From Bacteriovoracia bacterium (GTDB lineage Bacteria > Bdellovibrionota > UBA1018 > CAIPTA01), in NCBI GenBank assembly GCA_050246755.1, contig JBFWVL010000001.1, forward strand, positions 1,088,001 through 1,152,000: DNA of 64,000 nucleotides, in the 5' to 3' direction. Position 1 is the stretch's first letter. Each line of letters starts with the position of its first letter. Position numbers and translations under genes: made by a program. This document shows positions 58,156-64,000 of this stretch, one piece after another. The notes beneath the pieces were generated by a model. It did not search any database, was not told the DNA's origin, and saw only the letters and a program-made list of their open reading frames with translations.

Positions 58156-58626
58156 ATGGCGTTTAATGTCGTCCTCGTAGAGCCCCAGATCCCGCCCAAT
58201 ACGGGCAATATCGGCCGGCTCTGCATCGCCACCCACTCCAAGTTCCACCTCGTGGAACCCCTCGGCTTCGATATTTCGGAAAAGGCTGTGCGCCGGGCCG
58301 GCCTCGACTATTGGAAGCACGTGGATCTCACAATTCATAAGAGCTACGTCGCATTCCGGGAATCTCTGCCTACAGACGCCCGCCTTTGGTTCTTCACGAA
58401 ATTCGCACAAAAGAGCCTCTTTAAAGCCGATTTTAAAAACGGGGATTATTTAATATTCGGCAAAGAAACCAAGGGCTTACTCCCGGAAATCCATGAGCAA
58501 GAGTCGCCCGAACGCATGCTCCGAATTCCCATGCCCGGCCAAGAAATCGTTCGCTCCTTGAACCTTGCCGGCAGCGTGCATATCGCGCTCTACGAAGCCC
58601 TTCGTCAGATCGACTTCGCTATCTAA
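58156..58626 (+). CDS. trmL: tRNA (cytidine(34)-2'-O)-methyltransferase
   Basis: PQIPPNTGNIGR, RRAGLDYW, FGKETKGL, RSLNL. Confidence 0.93.
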   Translation: MAFNVVLVEPQIPPNTGNIGRLCIATHSKFHLVEPLGFDISEKAVRRAGLDYWKHVDLTIHKSYVAFRESLPTDARLWFFTKFAQKSLFKADFKNGDYLIFGKETKGLLPEIHEQESPERMLRIPMPGQEIVRSLNLAGSVHIALYEALRQIDFAI

Positions 58627-58710
58627 ACAGAAATCTAAAAAATACCCGACTTATTCGCTTTGGTTATTCGAGGGCTTGAGCTATAACGCTCGCAACTGAG
58701 GAAAACGAAA

Positions 58711-59190
58711 ATGAAAATCTTGCTAGCTGCCCTACTAAGCCTAACCTTCTCGCACCCCGCCTTCAGTGCGATCTACTCCGCCAGTTATAAAGACAACGGA
58801 GTGAGCATCGAAAAACGCGTGATCGACACCTACCGCGCTGCGCTCGAAGCTCGCGGCAACAACGACATCAAGCAAACGATTGCGCAGCTGAAAGCCGACC
58901 TTGCGGGGTTCGGTACCGTAGGAATTCCAAATAAAGATAATTTATTTTTACTCTCGCGGGGCGAAAGCGCGCCCAGCGATCACGATACCTCCACCCGCGT
59001 CCGGAGCGGCAAGTATTTGCTGGCAATTCCCACCACCATTCGCGGCAGCGGTAACGTCACGGAAAATGGCGCGCTCCTGGCGGCCTACTTCAATGTGCAG
59101 GTAGGAAAAACCGTAGAAATTTCTCTCGAGAATTTCGTGGAGCTCGTGGATCGCCCCGATTCAGATACTACCGAGATCCCCCCGCGGTAG
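58711..59190 (+). CDS. Hypothetical secreted protein
   Basis: GAGG SD and signal peptide MKILLAALLSLTFSHPAFS-A; no recognised domain. Confidence 0.7.
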   Translation: MKILLAALLSLTFSHPAFSAIYSASYKDNGVSIEKRVIDTYRAALEARGNNDIKQTIAQLKADLAGFGTVGIPNKDNLFLLSRGESAPSDHDTSTRVRSGKYLLAIPTTIRGSGNVTENGALLAAYFNVQVGKTVEISLENFVELVDRPDSDTTEIPPR

Positions 59191-59198
59191 ATTCGGTT

Positions 59199-60485
59199 TT
59201 AGTCTAAGAGCTTATTCACTTTAAAAAACGCCGCAACCTGCTCGCTCATTTTCCCCCTAAATGGAGAATAGGCGGGCTGCAAATTTTTTGCGCCGTAAAT
59301 CCAAGCCATATGGTCGCCCTTTTCAAAAGTTAGCGTAGGCGAGCGGGTGGAGCGATTGGCCCCGCGGAGCTCGTTCACGAAAGAGCCGTCAACCGTATTG
59401 TCATCCAAGATATTAGCCACGAGTGAAGGCATCGCGAAGGTGCGAAATGCCGAACCACTCGCGAAATCACTGCCGCCAGCCTCGGATTCCGTGATCGAAA
59501 TCACGCGCTCTACTTCGCGGCCGCCTTGGGCGGAAATATAGGTTCCGCAACGCTGCACGGAGCTTCCGAGGAACTCGTTAGCGCTAATGCCAAAAAGAGA
59601 ACCGAGAGCCGAGCCCGTTTTTACCAGACCGGTTACGCGCCAGGCAGGAGAGAATGCCAAGAGACCTTTTACTTGCTTAGGATGCAAGAGCGCCAATCGA
59701 GAAGCAAGCAATCCACCGAGAGAATAGCCGGCCACAATTACTTTCGGGCTCATTTTGGAAGCGATCTTCAATACCTCTTCCGATTGCCCGATCCATTCTT
59801 CCGCCTTAACGCCGTCGAGATCACGGGGATTGTCGTTGAAGTGGCCACGCAGGCGGGGAATCAGAACGTTTACCCCGAGCTCCGCGAACATCTGCTGGAA
59901 ACTCTGCATGTGGCCAGGAGAAACGGCGTAGCCCTGAAAGAAAACCACCGTAACTTTGGGACGCGTATCCTGGATGGTTTCTCGGGAATCCGTATAAGGA
60001 TTGCAGGCTTTTGGCTCACGAGCCTTAAACTTTGCCCAAGCCTGGATGGCGGCCTGGTAGGCCTTCTGGTCGGCATCCTCCTGCCCTTGATAAGAGCAGC
60101 TAAAAAATTCCCCGCCGATCGTCGCGTAACCAGAACGGCCCCCGCTCTTAGGGCTCACTTCGAACTTCGTGATAGAGGCCCCCTTCTCGTCGAGTAAATT
60201 GAAAACGTCGGGAGAAACGTCCGGCTCGACTTTCCAACTATTAGCGAGGACACGAGGCTTGCCAATAACCTTGCTCGTCACGAGCATGTCTTCGTGGGTA
60301 ACAAGCAAGATCGGGCCATTTTCAGTGCCAGAAACCTCGAAGCCCCTGTCCTTGCCCTTCTGGTCTGGGCCAAAACCTATACATTGGAAGGAGCTTAACT
60401 TTGCTTCGGCTACGGGGTTAAGGAGCAAAAGGCCAATAAGAGCGAGGAAAAGACTGTCGAACTTCTTTACAACTGGCACGCGCAC
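59199..60485 (-). CDS. Secreted alpha/beta hydrolase with unknown N-terminal domain
   Basis: Signal peptide (AEA cleavage site), FQGY oxyanion motif, GYSLG nucleophile elbow, DDNTV and GDH triad candidates. Confidence 0.8.
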   Translation of the reverse strand: MRVPVVKKFDSLFLALIGLLLLNPVAEAKLSSFQCIGFGPDQKGKDRGFEVSGTENGPILLVTHEDMLVTSKVIGKPRVLANSWKVEPDVSPDVFNLLDEKGASITKFEVSPKSGGRSGYATIGGEFFSCSYQGQEDADQKAYQAAIQAWAKFKAREPKACNPYTDSRETIQDTRPKVTVVFFQGYAVSPGHMQSFQQMFAELGVNVLIPRLRGHFNDNPRDLDGVKAEEWIGQSEEVLKIASKMSPKVIVAGYSLGGLLASRLALLHPKQVKGLLAFSPAWRVTGLVKTGSALGSLFGISANEFLGSSVQRCGTYISAQGGREVERVISITESEAGGSDFASGSAFRTFAMPSLVANILDDNTVDGSFVNELRGANRSTRSPTLTFEKGDHMAWIYGAKNLQPAYSPFRGKMSEQVAAFFKVNKLLD

Positions 60486-60562
60486 AACCTCTCAACTGAC
60501 GGCAAACGCCGCTTTTATGAATATGAGGGGGCTAGTGCAGGGTTTGTGCCCGATTTTTTCCC

Positions 60563-60596
60563 AAAAAAAAGCCACCGGTTTCCCGATGGCTTTTTC
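60563..60596 (-). terminator. Intrinsic terminator of rplM-rpsI
   Basis: Minus strand AAAAAGCCATCGG-GAAA-CCGGTGGC-TTTTTTTT just after the rpsI stop; the A/T flanks suggest it may act on both strands. Confidence 0.85.
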
Positions 60597-60612
60597 GCTG
60601 AATAGCTCTCGA

Positions 60613-61008
60613 TTAACGTTTCGAGAACTGGAAGCGGCGACGTGCGCCGGCGAGTCCTGGCTTTTTACGCTCCACCTTACGAGAATCGCGGGTAAGGAGA
60701 CCTTCCTTCTTGAGGATAGGACGGGTGGCAGGATCGATTACCAAGAGAGCCTTGGCGATCGCGTGGCGGGTAGCACCGGCTTGGCCAGAAGGGCCGCCGC
60801 CGCTAACGTTCACGATGAAATCGTATTTGCCTACATAGTTCGTGAGAACCAGGGGCTGTTGTACGAGCAAGCGGCTCGTGGGGCGCGTGAAGTAATCGTC
60901 CATAGGGCGCTTATTTACGGTGATGATACCGGTGCCTTTGCGGGCATAAGCGCGGGCGCGGGCCGATTTACGTTTACCAACTTTGTGAACTTGCTGAACA
61001 GCTGCCAT
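60613..61008 (-). CDS. rpsI: 30S ribosomal protein S9
   Basis: GKRKSARAR, GGGPSGQAGA, LTRDSRKVERKKPG, QFSKR. Confidence 0.97.
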   Translation of the reverse strand: MAAVQQVHKVGKRKSARARAYARKGTGIITVNKRPMDDYFTRPTSRLLVQQPLVLTNYVGKYDFIVNVSGGGPSGQAGATRHAIAKALLVIDPATRPILKKEGLLTRDSRKVERKKPGLAGARRRFQFSKR

Positions 61009-61009
61009 G

Positions 61010-61465
61010 TTACTTGTTTACCTTTCCGTTCGGGCTCATCGTAATCGCCTTAGGATTCTGTACAGCGTGTGGATGAGTGTCTCCCGTATAAATTTTCAAT
61101 TTCATCAGCTGACGACGAGCCAAGGTTTGGTTCTTCGGCAACATGCCTTTCACGGCCAAGCGAATGATTTCAGCCGGCTTGGTCTGAAGCATTTCTTTGG
61201 CGGTCTTGGTACGGATACCTTTCACGAAACCGGTGTGGCGGTGATATTTTTTCTGTTCCCACTTTTTGCCGGTGAGCTTTACCTTGTCGGCATTGAGCAC
61301 GATCACGTAATCGCCCGTGTCCAGGTGCGGAGAGTAAGCCGCTTTATGTTTACCCATGAGAAACATAGCGAGGTTGCTGCAAAAACGACCAACGGTTTGG
61401 TCTTTGGCATCAAACACGAGCCAGTCGCGGGAAATATCGTTTTTCTTCGTAAAATAAGTGCTCAT
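61010..61465 (-). CDS. rplM: 50S ribosomal protein L13
   Basis: W..FDA..Q..GR, GKHK..YSPH.DTGD, HTG, GMLPKN, HPH..Q.P; ATG at 61465. Confidence 0.97.
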   Translation of the reverse strand: MSTYFTKKNDISRDWLVFDAKDQTVGRFCSNLAMFLMGKHKAAYSPHLDTGDYVIVLNADKVKLTGKKWEQKKYHRHTGFVKGIRTKTAKEMLQTKPAEIIRLAVKGMLPKNQTLARRQLMKLKIYTGDTHPHAVQNPKAITMSPNGKVNK

Positions 61466-61613
61466 AATTTTTCCTAATACTCTCGCGACAGAAAACCAAC
61501 GCGCAAGAATAGCCATTGGCGGCTAAGTTTCGAGAAGCCCTATAGATATGGCACGGGAGGCAGCAGGTCAAGGGCTTTCCCCAGTGTAAAATAATTACGA
61601 CTTTTTTAGTCCA

Positions 61614-64000
61614 CTAAAAAGCCCCGATGGAAAAGTGGATCTTGAAACGATCCAAATCGGCCGCGTTCTGGTTTAGGTCGTTGCCGGAAGCCGTGGTGGT
61701 ATCCCCCACCTTAGCGTTGTTCTGCAGACGCCAAGCAAAATCCAGTACCACTGGCCCCACGGGCGTCAAATAGCGCAGTCCGGCACCGGCCGAGCTCCGG
61801 AGTTGCTCTGGGGCAAAGGTAAATCGATCCACCATCAAGTTGCCTGCGTCGACGAATAGCGCCGAGCCCAAATTGCCCATCAGCGGAATCCGGAACTCGC
61901 CCCGGTAGTTCACCATGCCCAAGACTCCGGAAATAAAACGCCTGGTTTCCACCTCAACCGCATCCTCACGGTAACCACGCAAGGAGCCAATACCGCCAAG
62001 ACGGAAAAGTTTATACGCCGGAATAGGGCTCGGTTCAGTTTTACCGTTCTTCTCCACCACTGCGTTTGAACGCTCCCAGCCCAAATTCACCCCGCCGGCG
62101 AATACGATATCGTCTAAAATCTTGAAATAGGCCGAGTTGTAGCTGGTGGTCCGGTAGAAAGCCACATCGCGCTTGGAACCGAAATAGCTAGAGGCGATTT
62201 CGAAGCGGTTGACCGAGTTAAATCCCGAAGACGGGTTAAAGCGGTCGTTCCGCGAATCGACGATAAACCCCGGAGTGAGCGTACCGATGAAATCCGTGCG
62301 TTGATCCTCGATTGGGCGCTTATTAAGATCTACGTCTCGGATTTTAATCTGCTCGTAGCCGTATTCTAGGAACCCCGAAAGATATCGCGTGAGGTCTCGT
62401 CTTACCCCCATCGATAGCCTGCTCACGGTGGCGTTGAACGTGGAAAACTGGCGCCGCAATACATCGAGACCGGAAGTAAACGTCACCGGCCAGTTAGCCA
62501 AGTAGGGCTCCCGGAATCCAACCGTAAACTGATACTCCGGGAACTTATAATTCTCGAGCCGGCGGTTGAATACGGCGCTCGCATTCACGCTCCGGTTCCA
62601 CCCACCGAGATTTTGGTATCCCAGCTCGAAACCCAAACGCAGGCCCAGATCGTTTCTCAGGCCGGGAACGATGTCGAAACTGCCGGGGGTGGTTTCTTCG
62701 ATCAGGATGAGAATATCCTTCACGTTCTCGGTACCCGGGCGATCGATCGGGCGCACGATCACTTCGCCGAACAGATTCAGCTTACGTAAATTTTCTTCGG
62801 CTTCGTTGAGGAGAGGAGTGGTGAGCACATCCCCCCCCGTAAAAGGCAGCTCCCGGAGGACCACCCTGGCGTGAGTTTTCTTATTGCCCCGAACGATCAC
62901 TTCGCCCACCTGATAAATCGGCCCCTCTTCCACTTCCACATGGATGGAAACCTGGGAGTTATCTTTGCTGTAGCGAACGATGTTTTCCGACGCTTCATTT
63001 ATGATTTGCGCACCTAGATTTCCGAGTTCCTGGTAACGATCTTTTAAGGCGATCAAGCCGCGCTCAAAAGCGAAGATATCAAAAGGCTGGTTCTCTTTTA
63101 GCCCGAGCATTTCCACCACTTCTTGCTCCTGCAGCGAGCGCACACCAGATATTTTAATACTCTGTACCTTGGTCTGGATTCCCTCGCTGAAAAGCAGGGA
63201 TACGTTTACTTTCGTGCGCTTTTCGTTGAAATCGAATTTTACGTATTCAATTTTCGCGGAGAGAAAGCCGAGGGATTTTAAATACTCCGCAAAAAGCTCC
63301 GCCGCGCGGTTGATGCCGCTCTCGTGAAAGTAGCCGCGTTGCACGAGGCGGGTGCCAAGCGATTCTAGTTTTTTCCGGGCGTCAGCCTGAGAAAGGGAAT
63401 AGACCCCCTCCACGTTGAGGTTTTCTATCTCGATTTTGCCACCCTCGTTCACGATCAGGCTCACGTAGCGGATGCCGCGCGCCGAATCCTCGCGCACCAG
63501 CGAAGTAATTTGCGCGTTCGCGAAACCGATCTCTTTATAGGCCTCGAGCACGCGCCGACGCACGGCCACGAGATAGTCGCTGCCGGAAGCAACTTCCTTT
63601 ACTTCACTTACAAAGTTAAGGAGCTCGCGGTAGCTGAATTGCTTATTTCCCCGGAAACCGTAACGGATGCGCGGCCCATAATTGATATTAAGAAAAAGCC
63701 CCACTTTTCCCTCGGTGGAAACCCTGTACTCGAGCACCGGATCACGGGCGAGCAGAAAATCATGCTCCCGCAGCCAATCTTTTACCGCCTGTATCCCATC
63801 TAGCACCCGGTCGCGCTGGATGCGCTCGCCAACTTTGAGGGCAAAGCGCTCGCGAATATCGCGTTGGTAGCGTTCCCGCAAGGTTCTCAGCTCGATGGTG
63901 GTAAGCGGAGAAATGTCGAAACTATCGAGCAAAGTGGGCTCGCCCTCGGAGATAATGAATTTTAGATTTCGCGAGGCTTCGTCGAAAATATATTTTACTT
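61614..64000 (-). CDS. Omp85 family outer-membrane protein (BamA/TamA-like) with multiple POTRA domains, 5'-truncated by window edge
   Basis: POTRA repeats (GN.KT..RV..RE), GG.GSLRGY, FVDAGN, G.RY.TPVGP..LD, terminal F; frame stays open to the window end. Confidence 0.9.
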   Translation of the reverse strand, partial: VKYIFDEASRNLKFIISEGEPTLLDSFDISPLTTIELRTLRERYQRDIRERFALKVGERIQRDRVLDGIQAVKDWLREHDFLLARDPVLEYRVSTEGKVGLFLNINYGPRIRYGFRGNKQFSYRELLNFVSEVKEVASGSDYLVAVRRRVLEAYKEIGFANAQITSLVREDSARGIRYVSLIVNEGGKIEIENLNVEGVYSLSQADARKKLESLGTRLVQRGYFHESGINRAAELFAEYLKSLGFLSAKIEYVKFDFNEKRTKVNVSLLFSEGIQTKVQSIKISGVRSLQEQEVVEMLGLKENQPFDIFAFERGLIALKDRYQELGNLGAQIINEASENIVRYSKDNSQVSIHVEVEEGPIYQVGEVIVRGNKKTHARVVLRELPFTGGDVLTTPLLNEAEENLRKLNLFGEVIVRPIDRPGTENVKDILILIEETTPGSFDIVPGLRNDLGLRLGFELGYQNLGGWNRSVNASAVFNRRLENYKFPEYQFTVGFREPYLANWPVTFTSGLDVLRRQFSTFNATVSRLSMGVRRDLTRYLSGFLEYGYEQIKIRDVDLNKRPIEDQRTDFIGTLTPGFIVDSRNDRFNPSSGFNSVNRFEIASSYFGSKRDVAFYRTTSYNSAYFKILDDIVFAGGVNLGWERSNAVVEKNGKTEPSPIPAYKLFRLGGIGSLRGYREDAVEVETRRFISGVLGMVNYRGEFRIPLMGNLGSALFVDAGNLMVDRFTFAPEQLRSSAGAGLRYLTPVGPVVLDFAWRLQNNAKVGDTTTASGNDLNQNAADLDRFKIHFSIGAF

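Noticed and set aside
1-64000. CRISPR arrays, tRNA/rRNA genes, transposases, integrases, ops/JUMPstart elements
   Set aside because: None was recognised on reading; intergenic spaces are short and no regularly spaced repeats were seen.

Overview
This is bacterial chromosomal DNA of roughly 50-55% GC by eye. The Tgl/PilF-like lipoprotein, PilZ and RodZ genes and the hybrid-kinase type suggest a Bdellovibrionota/Oligoflexia-like or other deltaproteobacterial-grade lineage; that assignment is inference only. Positions 1-45.2 kb form one large, strand-mosaic surface-glycan locus. It holds a pseudaminic acid pathway split into three pieces (pseBCGI, pseF, and a pseH with a probable CTG start), GDP-fucose and UDP-HexNAc genes, an ABC flippase, many glycosyltransferases and six SAM methyltransferases. 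It also holds a ~15 kb block (GmhA, domain-swapped HldE, HddC-like, SDRs, orphan TPP-dependent E1 alpha/beta, Zn-dehydrogenase, carbamoyltransferase, LhgO) that may build a branched, decorated higher-carbon sugar. At 45.8-49.4 kb a mostly AT-rich cassette combines an orphan family-5 solute-binding protein, a nitroreductase and a hybrid histidine kinase, a candidate undescribed signalling system. A convergent intergenic region at 52.35-52.69 kb carries three co-oriented DnaA boxes, an IHF-like site and a repeated 11-mer, resembling datA or oriC. The remainder is housekeeping (lptF, pepA, asnS, trmL, rpsI, rplM, an Omp85/BamA-family gene) plus two secreted proteins. No rRNA, tRNA, CRISPR array or transposase was seen.
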